A DNA stretch of 64,000 nt from Aureliella sp. Its GTDB lineage: Bacteria; Planctomycetota; Planctomycetia; Pirellulales; Pirellulaceae. This document shows, one piece after another, positions 1 through 9,763 of the stretch. Location of the stretch: the NCBI GenBank assembly GCA_963691875.1, contig OY829846.1:1536001-1600000 (forward strand), in the 5' to 3' direction. Position 1 is the first letter of the stretch. Each line of letters starts with the position of its first letter. A program made the translations under genes and the position numbers. The notes under the pieces are model-generated. The model saw nothing but the letters and a program-made list of their open reading frames with translations, was not told the origin of the DNA and made no database searches.

Positions 1-890
1 GGCACTGCATTGTCAATTCGCTTCGGCTCCCATCCTGCCCGGGAGGAACCGCCCAGCAGGCCCTGTTGAAGTCCTGTGACGGATGGTTTCGCTTTATGTC
101 CCCAAGGCTGAGACAGTGCTTCCTTGCCTATGACAGGCCCAAAGCCTGCCGAATCCATCTTTAAAGGGATGAAGAGTTTCGCTTTGATGACTCTCTCCCA
201 ACTCTGCTGCTCCAATTGCTCGACAATATGCCCGAGGAGACAATAGCCAATGTTGGAGTAAGAGTATTGGGGCTCTGCGGACCGTTTCCTCGCTTGCAGC
301 CATTCCAGCACCGCCCTGCGACCAGCGACCAGGTCATGGGGATGCTCTCGCTGAATGTCGTACCAATTCAGATCCTTGGGAGCACCACTGCGATGCTCGA
401 GTAATTGCCGCACCGTGACTCGGCCCCAGTCACCTGCTTGAAGCTGTTCCAAATCGTCAAAGATCTCTTTCAGTCTTGTATCCCAATCAAGCTTGCCGCT
501 AGAAATGAGCTGTTCAATGAGAGTCGCCGTCATGGCCTTTGCACAAGAGCCCAGATGAATCAGGTCGTTGTTACCAACCTGCATTGTCGCGTTGGCTCTT
601 CGTAATCCTGAGGCAGCGAGAACAAGATTTTCGCTGACCTCACCATCACTCAGAGTCGCTTTGGCGGCCCACACTGCTGGGAGCCCATGCTTCGCGCGCG
701 TTTCCTGCAAGAATGACTCGAGTTTCTTGGCCTTGCTGGGCAACTCCTCGCGAACAGATCTTTCCTCCTGTGAGCCTGTCGTAACTTGACCTTGAGCTTG
801 GAGCGAAAGAGGAGGACTTCCAACGCAACTAAGGATCATGCAGATCGGCGGCACATACCGACGTGCCAGCCGCTTCCTTACTCGTCCCAT
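1..890 (-). CDS. Serine hydrolase, beta-lactamase family (3' end runs off the window)
   Basis: Absent from the ORF track because it has no stop in the window. Manual minus-strand translation gives MGRVRKRL...IHLGSCAKAMTATLI (SxxK) ...YSNIGYCLLG (YxN) ...PLKMDSAGFG. Start at 890 or 899. Confidence 0.85.
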   Translation of the reverse strand, partial: MGRVRKRLARRYVPPICMILSCVGSPPLSLQAQGQVTTGSQEERSVREELPSKAKKLESFLQETRAKHGLPAVWAAKATLSDGEVSENLVLAASGLRRANATMQVGNNDLIHLGSCAKAMTATLIEQLISSGKLDWDTRLKEIFDDLEQLQAGDWGRVTVRQLLEHRSGAPKDLNWYDIQREHPHDLVAGRRAVLEWLQARKRSAEPQYSYSNIGYCLLGHIVEQLEQQSWERVIKAKLFIPLKMDSAGFGPVIGKEALSQPWGHKAKPSVTGLQQGLLGGSSRAGWEPKRIDNAV

Positions 891-1107
891 TGTGCCCATT
901 TCGCCATGTATGGAAGAAGATCCGAATTTTTTTTGATAGCATCTCATTTTGTACTCACCCGACTTCAGTATTTGGACATCTTCACAAACCCTTAACTGAA
1001 AATAAGTTAGGTCTTCACATTAGTCCCCATGTTACTGGGCCTCAAAGGGCCTAGTTTCGCCCCAAGTACTTTGCTCCAGTGCACTTAAGGCGTTTTGCGA
1101 ACCGAGT

Positions 1108-1135
1108 TTGACACAGCAAGAAGATCCCGTAAACT
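1108..1135 (+). promoter_or_regulatory. Sigma70-type promoter for nrdJ
   Basis: TTGACA (1108-1113), 16-bp spacer, TAAACT (1130-1135), immediately upstream of the NrdR boxes. Confidence 0.65.
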
Positions 1136-1143
1136 CTGCAAAA

Positions 1144-1190
1144 GTCCTAGATGTTGTGGCTGAGAAATCGCGATACACTACAGGTAGTGG
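1144..1190 (+). promoter_or_regulatory. Tandem NrdR boxes
   Basis: gtcCTAgATgTTGTGg (1144-1159) and acaCTAcAggTAGTGg (1175-1190) match the NrdR consensus acaCwAtATaTwGtg. Starts are 31 bp apart, upstream of a ribonucleotide reductase. Confidence 0.85.
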
Positions 1191-1552
1191 TTGAGCACCC
1201 TTTCTCAGATACGAAAAACATCTATTTCAGGAATCTTGAAGCGGGCGGAGTTGCCCCCACAAAGAATCCAACGACAACCATGATGGTGAACGTAGGTTCA
1301 GTATTTCTTATCTTGAGTACATCTTAGCGAGTAGCTTGGAGGCACGCAGTTAGTCGTCCGCCAGTTTGCGTCTGGCGGGTCAGGGAAGAGTTGTTATCGA
1401 TCGGCTTTATTGAGGCTTTTTATCCATCCTCTATGGCGCGTACGCCACTTCGATTGAAAGCGATTTACAAACCGTCTAATTGAGTTCTGATTGAGCGTGG
1501 TGAGGGAATGTCACTCGGGAACATATGATCTAGCTTCTAAGGAGTTTCATGA

Positions 1553-4552
1553 ATGGCGACTGTGGAATTGCGTCGAAAGGGCCGTAGCACGAGATCCGAA
1601 AAGGCAGCTGCCACAAAGGCATCGAAGCCACGGAGTACGTCCAAAGCCTCTAAAAAGACAGCCAAGGAAGGCTTGACGATCGAGTTGCGCAATTGCCCTG
1701 CGGAAACCGACCCCTTCGACACAGTGCGGTGGGAAGTTCGCAGTGCAGCGATTAAGGATGAAAACGGTAACGCTCTGTTCGAGCAAACCGATTGCGAGGT
1801 TCCAGAATCCTGGAGCCAATTAGCGACGAATGTCGTTGTTAGTAAATATTTCTATGGCGAGCCGGGAACCGAAGAGCGTGAAAACAGCGTGCGTCAACTG
1901 ATTCACCGCGTGACCCGGACGATCGCTGATTGGGGAATCGCCGACGGCTACTTTGATAGTGCCGAAGACGGCGAGAATTTCTATCGTGAACTTTCCTGGC
2001 TGTGCTTGCACCAACATGGCGCTTTCAATTCACCAGTTTGGTTCAACGTTGGTTTGTGGCAAGAGTATGGTGTCACGGGTGCGAAGTGCACATGGAATTA
2101 CAATCCAGAAACTGACATCGTTGAGCAGCCTGAGAATCCTTACGAGTATCCGCAAGGCTCTGCATGTTTTATCCAAAGCGTGGATGACAACATGGAAGAC
2201 ATCATGCGTCTGGCAAGCAGCGAAGCAATGTTGTTCAAATTTGGTAGCGGAACTGGTACGGACTTGTCCACCATTCGAAGCTCGCGCGAAAAGCTTTCAG
2301 GTGGTGGGACTCCATCCGGCCCTCTTTCCTTTATGCGAGTTTATGACTCCATCGCTGGAGTCATAAAGAGTGGCGGCAAGACTCGTCGCGCCGCGAAGAT
2401 GCAGTCGCTGAAGGTTTCTCACCCAGACGTCATGGAGTTCATCCAGTCGAAGTGGGGCGAAGAGCAAAAGGCTCACGCCTTGATCCGCGAAGGCTACGAA
2501 GCGAACTTTAATGGCGAAGCTTACTCGTCTGTCTGCTTCCAAAATGCGAACCTCTCTGTCCGCATCAGCGATGACTTCATGGATTGTGTCCGCGAAGGAC
2601 AAGAATGGACCACGACTTGGGTAAGTGAAAAGGCCTCCGGCACTCCGCCAACCTACGATGCTCGTAGTGTCCTCGACGCGATGGCAGATTGTGCTTGGAA
2701 CTGCGGTGATCCAGGTGTGCAATACGACACCACGATCAACGATTGGCACACTTGCTCCAACGATGGTCCGATCAACGCCAGCAATCCTTGCTCCGAATAC
2801 ATGTTCTTGGACAACACGGCTTGCAACTTGGCCAGCATCAACTTGATGAAATATCGCAAGGAAGATGGCTCGTTCGATGTCGACGGCTTCACGACGACTT
2901 GCCGTATGTTCTTTATCGCACAAGAAATCTTGGTTGACCACGCGAGCTATCCGACAGCTCCTATCGCTAAGAACAGCCACTTGTACCGACCACTTGGGTT
3001 AGGTTACTCCAATCTCGGCAGCTTCGTCATGACTTCGGGTGCGGCTTACGATTCGGACGAGGCCCGCGGCATTTGCGGTTCGATCACCGCACTGCTTCAC
3101 GGCTCTGCGAATCTTGCATCGGCAGAAATGGCTGGCGTAGTCGGCCCGTTTGCTCGTTACGAAGCGAACCAAGAGCCGATGCAACGCGTGATGCGAATGC
3201 ACCGTGATGCAACCGAGGAGATCGAAGATGCAGGTCCTGCTTACCTGAAGGAAGCTGCCCAAGACTTGTGGGACAAGGTCATCGAGCTGGGCGATCGCTA
3301 TGGCTATCGCAACGCTCAAGCTACAGTTCTGGCTCCAACCGGTACGATCAGCTTTATGATGGACTGCGACACCACAGGAATCGAGCCAGATATTGCATTG
3401 GTGAAATACAAGCAGCTCGCTGGTGGCGGCATGCTCAAGATCGTCAACAAATCCGTTGCAGACGGTTTGGCGACCATGGGCTACACCGAAGACCAAGTTA
3501 AGTCTATCATCGAATACGTTGACGAGAACGACACGATCGAAGGCGCTCCATTCATCAAGGATGAGCACTTGCCAGTATTTGATTGTGCCTTCAAGCCAGC
3601 GAAGGGAACACGCAGTATTCCTTGGCAAGCTCACGTGCAGATGATGGCTGCCGCTCAGCCATTCTTGTCTGGTGCGATCAGCAAGACAGTTAACATGCCG
3701 AATGATGTTACTCCCAAGGACATCGCGGATGCTTACTTCTGGGGCTGGGAACTTGGCTTGAAGGCGATCGCAATTTACCGCGATGGCTCAAAGCAAAGCC
3801 AGCCGCTGAATACCAGCACCGAGGAATCGAAAGAGGAAGAAGCAGCAGTTGTCGAAAAGGTAGTTTACAAGCCACGTCGCGAACGACTGCCTGACACTCG
3901 TCAATCCATCACTCACAAGTTTAATATCTCGGGGCACGAAGGCTACTTGAACGTTGGCTTGTATCCGGATGGACGTCCTGGCGAATTGTTCATCACGATG
4001 GCCAAAGAAGGTTCGACCGTCGGCGGCTTGATGGACAGCTTTGGTACTGCAATTTCGATGTCACTCCAGTACGGTGTACCGATAGAAGTATTGGTCAACA
4101 AATTCAGTCACACTCGTTTCGAACCCATGGGGCACACCACGAACCCAGACATTCGAATCGCCAAGAGTATGGTGGACTACATCTTCCGCTGGATGGGTAT
4201 CAACTTCCTTGCTGGATATCGCGAAGCAGCGACTGGACAGCTCAAGGCGGAAACGCCAGCTCCTGCCGTGACTGACCAAGCCTCCAAGGCGGACGGCAAT
4301 ACGGCTCCTGTCGAAACAATTGAAGTCGAAACTTCAGCTTGTGCCGGTGGCAGCGACATCGTTGACGCTCAAAGCCTAGAGCCAGCGGGCGTTGCAATCG
4401 CTGAGCCGGCCACCAACTCTGGCACGCAAAAGGAACAGTTCGCCGGATTCCAATCCGATGCACCAAGCTGCGACAACTGCGGTTCAATCACGGTTCGCAA
4501 TGGCAACTGCTACTTGTGCCACAACTGCGGTAACTCGATGGGCTGCAGCTAG
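1553..4552 (+). CDS. nrdJ: Vitamin B12-dependent (class II) ribonucleotide reductase with C-terminal TSCPD-like and Zn-finger domains
   Basis: FNSPVWFN, SACFI, NPCSE radical-Cys loop, ACNLAS, APTGTIS, ISKTVN, IYRDG; C-terminal GRPGELFITMAKEGS and CDNC...CHNC...GCS. Confidence 0.97.
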   Translation: MATVELRRKGRSTRSEKAAATKASKPRSTSKASKKTAKEGLTIELRNCPAETDPFDTVRWEVRSAAIKDENGNALFEQTDCEVPESWSQLATNVVVSKYFYGEPGTEERENSVRQLIHRVTRTIADWGIADGYFDSAEDGENFYRELSWLCLHQHGAFNSPVWFNVGLWQEYGVTGAKCTWNYNPETDIVEQPENPYEYPQGSACFIQSVDDNMEDIMRLASSEAMLFKFGSGTGTDLSTIRSSREKLSGGGTPSGPLSFMRVYDSIAGVIKSGGKTRRAAKMQSLKVSHPDVMEFIQSKWGEEQKAHALIREGYEANFNGEAYSSVCFQNANLSVRISDDFMDCVREGQEWTTTWVSEKASGTPPTYDARSVLDAMADCAWNCGDPGVQYDTTINDWHTCSNDGPINASNPCSEYMFLDNTACNLASINLMKYRKEDGSFDVDGFTTTCRMFFIAQEILVDHASYPTAPIAKNSHLYRPLGLGYSNLGSFVMTSGAAYDSDEARGICGSITALLHGSANLASAEMAGVVGPFARYEANQEPMQRVMRMHRDATEEIEDAGPAYLKEAAQDLWDKVIELGDRYGYRNAQATVLAPTGTISFMMDCDTTGIEPDIALVKYKQLAGGGMLKIVNKSVADGLATMGYTEDQVKSIIEYVDENDTIEGAPFIKDEHLPVFDCAFKPAKGTRSIPWQAHVQMMAAAQPFLSGAISKTVNMPNDVTPKDIADAYFWGWELGLKAIAIYRDGSKQSQPLNTSTEESKEEEAAVVEKVVYKPRRERLPDTRQSITHKFNISGHEGYLNVGLYPDGRPGELFITMAKEGSTVGGLMDSFGTAISMSLQYGVPIEVLVNKFSHTRFEPMGHTTNPDIRIAKSMVDYIFRWMGINFLAGYREAATGQLKAETPAPAVTDQASKADGNTAPVETIEVETSACAGGSDIVDAQSLEPAGVAIAEPATNSGTQKEQFAGFQSDAPSCDNCGSITVRNGNCYLCHNCGNSMGCS

Positions 4553-4580
4553 CACGCTGAACCCGAACGCATGTACTCTC

Positions 4581-4612
4581 AAAACTCCGCATCATTCTGG
4601 TGTGGAGTTTTT
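4581..4612 (+). terminator. Rho-independent terminator after nrdJ
   Basis: aaaactccgcatca-ttc-tggtgtggagttttt hairpin with T tract. Confidence 0.75.
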
Positions 4613-4662
4613 CTTATAATGCAGCCAGTGACACAAATTCCCCGCAACTTTCGGGAACGAAC

Positions 4663-5034
4663 ATGGCGGTTCAGCACATCCACCACGAAATCAACTACAT
4701 CGAATTCTCGGTCACCGATCTCGAAAAAGCGAAACAGTTTTATGGAGCTGCTTTCGGTTGGAAATTTACCGACTATGGTCCCGAGTACGTGGGAATCCCA
4801 AAGCATGATGGTGAAGGCGAAATCGCTGGAATGTGCAAAGTGGATTTCGTCACTTCTGGCGGACCACTCGTCGTCTTGTATTCCAAAGACCTCGACGCCT
4901 CTCTTACTTCGGTTAAAGAAGCTGGCGCCGAGTTGACCGTCGACATCACAGCCTTCCCTGGTGGTCGTCGATTTCAATTCCACGATCCTTTTGGCAATGA
5001 ACTCGCCGTTTGGTCAGACGATCAAGTTAATTAA
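4663..5034 (+). CDS. VOC/glyoxalase family protein
   Basis: INYIEFSVTDLEKAKQFYGAAFGW and FPGGRRFQFHDPFGNELAVWS; ATG at 4663. Confidence 0.9.
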   Translation: MAVQHIHHEINYIEFSVTDLEKAKQFYGAAFGWKFTDYGPEYVGIPKHDGEGEIAGMCKVDFVTSGGPLVVLYSKDLDASLTSVKEAGAELTVDITAFPGGRRFQFHDPFGNELAVWSDDQVN

Positions 5035-5112
5035 GATTTGCAACGCGAGATAAGCTTCCACATGGGATAAACTTCTAGCTTGTCAGCCGCTCCCCCCTCT
5101 TATTACAAACAT

Positions 5113-5481
5113 ATGTCCCCCAAACCAATCAAGCTCAGCGACAAACTCTCGTTGTTCTCCGACCACTGGCACCCGCGCATCGTCGCTGAGCTCAATGGCC
5201 AGCAAGTCAAACTTGCAAAGTTACTCGGAGAATTCGAATGGCACTCACACAAACAGGAGGATGAGCTGTTCCTCGTAATTGAAGGCTCACTTGAAATCGA
5301 GCTTGAGAATGCGCCAACCGCCAAACTGGGACCTGGCGAAATGCTTGTAGTTCCTCGTGGTGTGCAGCACCGTCCAGTCGCCAAGGAAGAAGTCTCGGTG
5401 ATGCTGTTTGAGCCAAGCACAACCGTGAATACCGGCGACAACCCCTCCGATCGCACACGAGACGAGTTGGATTGGATCTAG
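5113..5481 (+). CDS. Cupin domain protein
   Basis: GEFEWHSHKQEDELFLVIEG and GEMLVVPRGVQHRP cupin motifs. Confidence 0.9.
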   Translation: MSPKPIKLSDKLSLFSDHWHPRIVAELNGQQVKLAKLLGEFEWHSHKQEDELFLVIEGSLEIELENAPTAKLGPGEMLVVPRGVQHRPVAKEEVSVMLFEPSTTVNTGDNPSDRTRDELDWI

Positions 5482-5506
5482 TCACACCTACAAGTGGCAT
5501 TCGAGG

Positions 5507-6655
5507 TCAAGCTCTTCCTCGCCAAGCAATCGGTTGCATTCCTAATTGTTCTCGCATTAGCGCAGTCCACTGCAAGAGCATGAACGCCGCGACTGCGACG
5601 GGATGCAAAACTGCACTCACGAGTGGATGCTTCATTCTTCCTTGAATGCAAAAGGCACCAACCCAATTTACTGCCGTTGCTGTAGCCAACACGAAAGTCG
5701 CCGTTATCCCAAGTGTGCCTTCGGCTGGCCAGCCCCAGAAGAGTGCGTGTGCCAGGCCGAGAAGTGGTAGCACGCTGCCACCGATCAGGAGAACAGTGAA
5801 GACCGGAATCAACTTCCAGTTGGCGAATCCTTCCGTCGCGTTTTTCAGCAGCCCATTGCGAACTTGGGGCCAGCCCTCGTACATTCGAACCTCAGCCAAA
5901 TGTGATGCATCCACTAGATCGGAAGAAAAGCCTGCCGCACGAAAACTACGAGGCAGTTTCAATCCGTCGTGCCGCGAGCCATGAATCGCTTTGTGACCTC
6001 CAGCGTCAAAATAGGCTTTCCTGCGAGCAAGAAACAACTGACCGCAACCTGCACCGAACTTGGGATCATTATTTGCCCTCATTTGATCGAGCGGCAAATA
6101 GCCAAGCAGTACGTAGTACATCATCGGAATCAGCATGCGTTCGCTCAGCGTCCCCAGAATCTGTTTGGGAAATCCACTGAGCAAGTCGAGATCGCGCTGC
6201 TGGATCAACTGCGCTAGCTGGTGGACGCAAACTGGTTGGACATGAACATCAGCATCGAGAAACAACAGCAAGTCATGCTTAGCGTGCTCCGCGAGCTGCC
6301 AGCAGGCATGTTGCTTGCCGTTCCAACCTTCAGGCAGCTTTTTTGACTGCTCGAGCCTAAGGCGATCGTCCTTGACAGCCAAACGATTCACAATCGCCGC
6401 GGTCTCATCCTCTGAGTGATCGTCGAGTACGATCACTTCGAGACTTTGATAATGGCTGGCCAAAACGCTCGTCAACGTTGCCTCGATACCTGCCGCTTCA
6501 TTGCGTGCCGGAATAAGGAGAGAGACGCCGGGCCGCTCCACAACCGCCTCGCTTTCTTTGCTCGGAAATTGGAAAAGTGGGAAATTTCGAATGATCAGCA
6601 GTGTTGGCAGTGCTGCGAGCAGTAGAACGAAGATCGAAAATGCCAAGTGAAGCAT
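5507..6655 (-). CDS. Glycosyltransferase family 2, membrane-bound (CrtQ/HpnB-like)
   Basis: VSLLIPARNEA, DDHSED, GWNGKQHAC, FLDAD, RMY, with N- and C-terminal TM segments. Start assumed at MLHLAF. Confidence 0.85.
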   Translation of the reverse strand: MLHLAFSIFVLLLAALPTLLIIRNFPLFQFPSKESEAVVERPGVSLLIPARNEAAGIEATLTSVLASHYQSLEVIVLDDHSEDETAAIVNRLAVKDDRLRLEQSKKLPEGWNGKQHACWQLAEHAKHDLLLFLDADVHVQPVCVHQLAQLIQQRDLDLLSGFPKQILGTLSERMLIPMMYYVLLGYLPLDQMRANNDPKFGAGCGQLFLARRKAYFDAGGHKAIHGSRHDGLKLPRSFRAAGFSSDLVDASHLAEVRMYEGWPQVRNGLLKNATEGFANWKLIPVFTVLLIGGSVLPLLGLAHALFWGWPAEGTLGITATFVLATATAVNWVGAFCIQGRMKHPLVSAVLHPVAVAAFMLLQWTALMREQLGMQPIAWRGRA

Positions 6656-6940
6656 GGAACATGGAGTATTTAGGGTGCAATTTTCTGCAATCCCAACCCG
6701 AAGGTTGAGCGAGGATCCAGTAATTCTCACAAGATCGGCTAGCAGTTACAAACAGTATTGTCACTGCGGCGAGGCCGTCTTGTATAGGGGAGACAATCGT
6801 GCCGGGCAACGTCGCAACACCAACGATTCTGACTCCGCCAATTCCGCTGCCGGTGGAGGAGACCACGCATCCGGACTATTATGTCGGCTCTTCTCATATT
6901 GGCGATGTGCCCATTTTTCTTCCTCAGGAAACTAACACCC

Positions 6941-8449
6941 ATGCCTTCTCTGAATCGCTGTGCTTTGGTGGCGCGAACTTTACTATTCACCAGCCTCTCG
7001 ATTACTTGCGTGACATCAGGGGGCGAGCTACTCGCGGCCGAACCTACAAAGCGGCCGAACGTTGTCTTGATTCTGGTAGATGACCTCGGTTGGCGAGACT
7101 GGTCCTCGGCTGGAAATGAAATCTGCGTTACGCCAACTCTCGACAAACTGGCTCGCGAGGGTATGCACTTCACTCAAGCATATGCTGCTTGTGCTGTGTG
7201 CTCGCCAACACGAGCCGCGGTTCAAACAGGTCGCTATCCAGGTCGTGTCGGTGTCACAGACTGGATTCGTTCGCAATTCCAACGACCGGGAGGCAAAACT
7301 CCTAAAGCCAATCCCACCAAGTACATCGGTGGAGCCAAGAACAAAGTGCTCTGTCCGCCAAATCCGTTTTGGATGGAATCGGATGAAATCACGCTAGCGG
7401 AAATGCTACGCCCCGCTGGCTATCACACTGCCTACATTGGCAAGTGGCATTTAGGAGACGAAGCTTGGTATCCCGAACACCAAGGCTTCGAAGTGAACTT
7501 TGGCGGATGCGACTACGGTCAGCCACCGAACTATTTTGATCCCTTCAATCAACCCAGAGGCCGGCACCAATCCTTGCGGGATGGAATCTTCAAACTGCCT
7601 TCGCGGGATCCCGGCGAGTACCTGACCGATCGCGAAGCCGACGAAGCTTGCAAGTTGATCCGGCAGTGGAAAGACGAGCCCTTTTTCATCCAACTCTCGC
7701 ACTATGCCGTTCACACTCCGATTCAAGCTCCGAAGGATCACATCGACAAGTACCTTAAACATGGTGTGAATCGCCAACAAGCAACCTACGCCGCCATGGT
7801 CGAATCAGTCGACCGAGCGCTCGCAAAAGTGCAAGTGACTTTGCGTGAGTTGGAGTTAGAAGAGAAAACCATCATCTGGTTCACCAGCGACAACGGCGGC
7901 TTGGACAATGGCAAAGGCGTGCCCACCGAGAACTTGCCGCTTCGACAAGGAAAAGGGCACCCCTACGAAGGCGGCATTCGTATTCCTACTATCGTTTCCT
8001 GGCCCGGCGTCGTACCTGCGAGCGCAAGCTCCAACACTCCTATTTGCTCGATCGATATTTTGCCCACATTGACCGAATGTTGCGGAGTTGAGACTCCAAA
8101 CGGTCATGTGATCGATGGAGTATCTCTGAAAAATCACTTGGTTTCTGGAGGCAAAGAAGATTTGGTCAGTCGCCCACTAATATGGCACTTTCCACACTAT
8201 CGAGGCAGCATCACTCCCTACAGTATCATCCGCGATGGCGACTGGAAGCTGCTTCACTACTATGCGGGCAAGAATGGCAAAGGTGCTGGGAGCGAGCTTT
8301 ATAATTTGGCCAGCGATCCAGGCGAACGCAAAAATGTGATCGACGCGAATCCCGAGTTGGCGGAGCGTCTAAAGCGATCGTTGATGACTGAATTGAATTC
8401 AATGAACGCCAAGTTGCCCCGCGAGAACCCGAACTACTCTGGCAAGTAA
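6941..8449 (+). CDS. Sulfatase (Cys-type, S1 family)
   Basis: RPNVVLILVDDLG, CSPTRAAVQTG, GKWHLG, SDNGG; signal peptide. Confidence 0.93.
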   Translation: MPSLNRCALVARTLLFTSLSITCVTSGGELLAAEPTKRPNVVLILVDDLGWRDWSSAGNEICVTPTLDKLAREGMHFTQAYAACAVCSPTRAAVQTGRYPGRVGVTDWIRSQFQRPGGKTPKANPTKYIGGAKNKVLCPPNPFWMESDEITLAEMLRPAGYHTAYIGKWHLGDEAWYPEHQGFEVNFGGCDYGQPPNYFDPFNQPRGRHQSLRDGIFKLPSRDPGEYLTDREADEACKLIRQWKDEPFFIQLSHYAVHTPIQAPKDHIDKYLKHGVNRQQATYAAMVESVDRALAKVQVTLRELELEEKTIIWFTSDNGGLDNGKGVPTENLPLRQGKGHPYEGGIRIPTIVSWPGVVPASASSNTPICSIDILPTLTECCGVETPNGHVIDGVSLKNHLVSGGKEDLVSRPLIWHFPHYRGSITPYSIIRDGDWKLLHYYAGKNGKGAGSELYNLASDPGERKNVIDANPELAERLKRSLMTELNSMNAKLPRENPNYSGK

Positions 8450-8459
8450 TCTAAGCCTG

Positions 8460-9320
8460 ATGTTGTTATTTGGTGCTGTCAGCCTGGTTCTCGTCGCCTT
8501 TGCCGCCAACTCGCTGCTTTGCCGACTTGCCCTGGAGCGGGGGGCGATCGATCCTGTTTCGTTCACAGCAATTCGGCTAGTAGCAGGAGCGGTGATGCTG
8601 GCCGTGTGCTCAGCCCGGCGCAAAACAGGTCCAGCGGGTGACGCGATCGCTTGGTGGCCCGCTATTAGTCTGTTTGGGTATGCGATTCTGTTCTCGGTCG
8701 CCTATCAATGGCTGAGTGCAGCGACTGGTGCGCTCGCCCTCTTTGGTGCGGTTCAAATTACGATGCTGATCTTTGCCAAGATGCGAGGTGAGTCGGTTCG
8801 AGGCGTCCAGTGGTTGGGATTCGCACTGGCCAACGCGGGCCTTCTTTACTTGCTTCTTCCAGGAGTGAAATCACCTTCACTGTTGGGCCTAGTGATGATG
8901 TGTGGATCCGGCGTTTCCTGGGGCGTCTACTCAGCTCTTGGGAAGAATGCAAAGGATCCTATCCTTGCGACTGCCATGAATTTTCGTCGGGCTTCATGGT
9001 TCGCAATTCCAATTTGCCTATTTGTTGCCACTCAGCTTCGTGCCGAAGCAGTGGGAGTCGTGCTTGCGTGTGTTTCCGGCGCGATCACTTCAGGACTCGG
9101 CTACGTCGGCTGGTATAGCGTCTTGCCAAGACTATCGACAAGCCAAGCTTCACTTGCACAACTGTTGGTACCTGTAATTGCTGCCGTAGGGGCGGTTTTG
9201 TTCTTACGTGAGGAGTTACGATTGCATTTGCTGATCGCTGGTGCTTTGATTCTTGGTGGAATAGCGATCCCGTTTCTTTCGACTCCATCAGCGACCTCGA
9301 CTCATCAAGGTGATGCGTAA
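8460..9320 (+). CDS. DMT/EamA family transporter
   Basis: About 10 hydrophobic segments; AFAANSLLCR, SGAITSGLGY, QLLVPVIAA. Confidence 0.88.
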   Translation: MLLFGAVSLVLVAFAANSLLCRLALERGAIDPVSFTAIRLVAGAVMLAVCSARRKTGPAGDAIAWWPAISLFGYAILFSVAYQWLSAATGALALFGAVQITMLIFAKMRGESVRGVQWLGFALANAGLLYLLLPGVKSPSLLGLVMMCGSGVSWGVYSALGKNAKDPILATAMNFRRASWFAIPICLFVATQLRAEAVGVVLACVSGAITSGLGYVGWYSVLPRLSTSQASLAQLLVPVIAAVGAVLFLREELRLHLLIAGALILGGIAIPFLSTPSATSTHQGDA

Positions 9321-9380
9321 GTAAATGTACTCATAAAACTAAATGGAGATGGACAATAAGACCAAACACAACCTTTGCTA

Positions 9381-9427
9381 GCACACCACCTAGTACAGTA
9401 GAAACCGCTTGGCACCAAATCTAGTTA
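9381..9427 (+). promoter_or_regulatory. Putative tandem NrdR-like boxes
   Basis: gcaCAccAccTAGTac (9381-9396) and gcaCcAaATcTAGTta (9412-9427), 31 bp apart as in the nrdJ pair. The first box is the weaker match. Confidence 0.5.
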
Positions 9428-9432
9428 TCTTA

Positions 9433-9460
9433 TTGACTTCGGTTCAGACTAGGTTAATTT
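9433..9460 (+). promoter_or_regulatory. Putative sigma70 promoter
   Basis: TTGACT (9433-9438), 16 bp, TAATTT (9455-9460). Confidence 0.45.
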
Positions 9461-9763
9461 CATGCTCGTTGTTGGCTCGAACGCCAACTAAACCTACCTA
9501 CCTTCAGTTGGCTCTCGCCGAGACTATTCGCAAGGAAAAGCGACTCAGTTTTTTACACACTCGAAATGCCGTCTGTCACCTAGATAATTGGCTCTGAAGA
9601 ACTCGACTGACGCATTTTGCAGGGAACGCAAATTCGACGTGAAGTATCTCGTCCATTTACAAGACCAGGATGAAGTCTGACAGACTCCCGAGCTTAGGGA
9701 TTCCGCTCGTGAAGGGAAGCTGAAGGTTACTCTTTCCACTGTATCTGATGAAGGATTTTTCAG

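Noticed and set aside
1200..1550. Cobalamin riboswitch upstream of nrdJ
   Set aside because: Could not find the conserved core elements in the right arrangement.
2297..3634. Long minus-strand ORFs (227 and 211 aa) inside nrdJ
   Set aside because: Antisense shadows of a codon-biased gene with no recognisable motifs. The same applies to 17174-17887, 22050-22631, 26853-27437 and 47491-48111.
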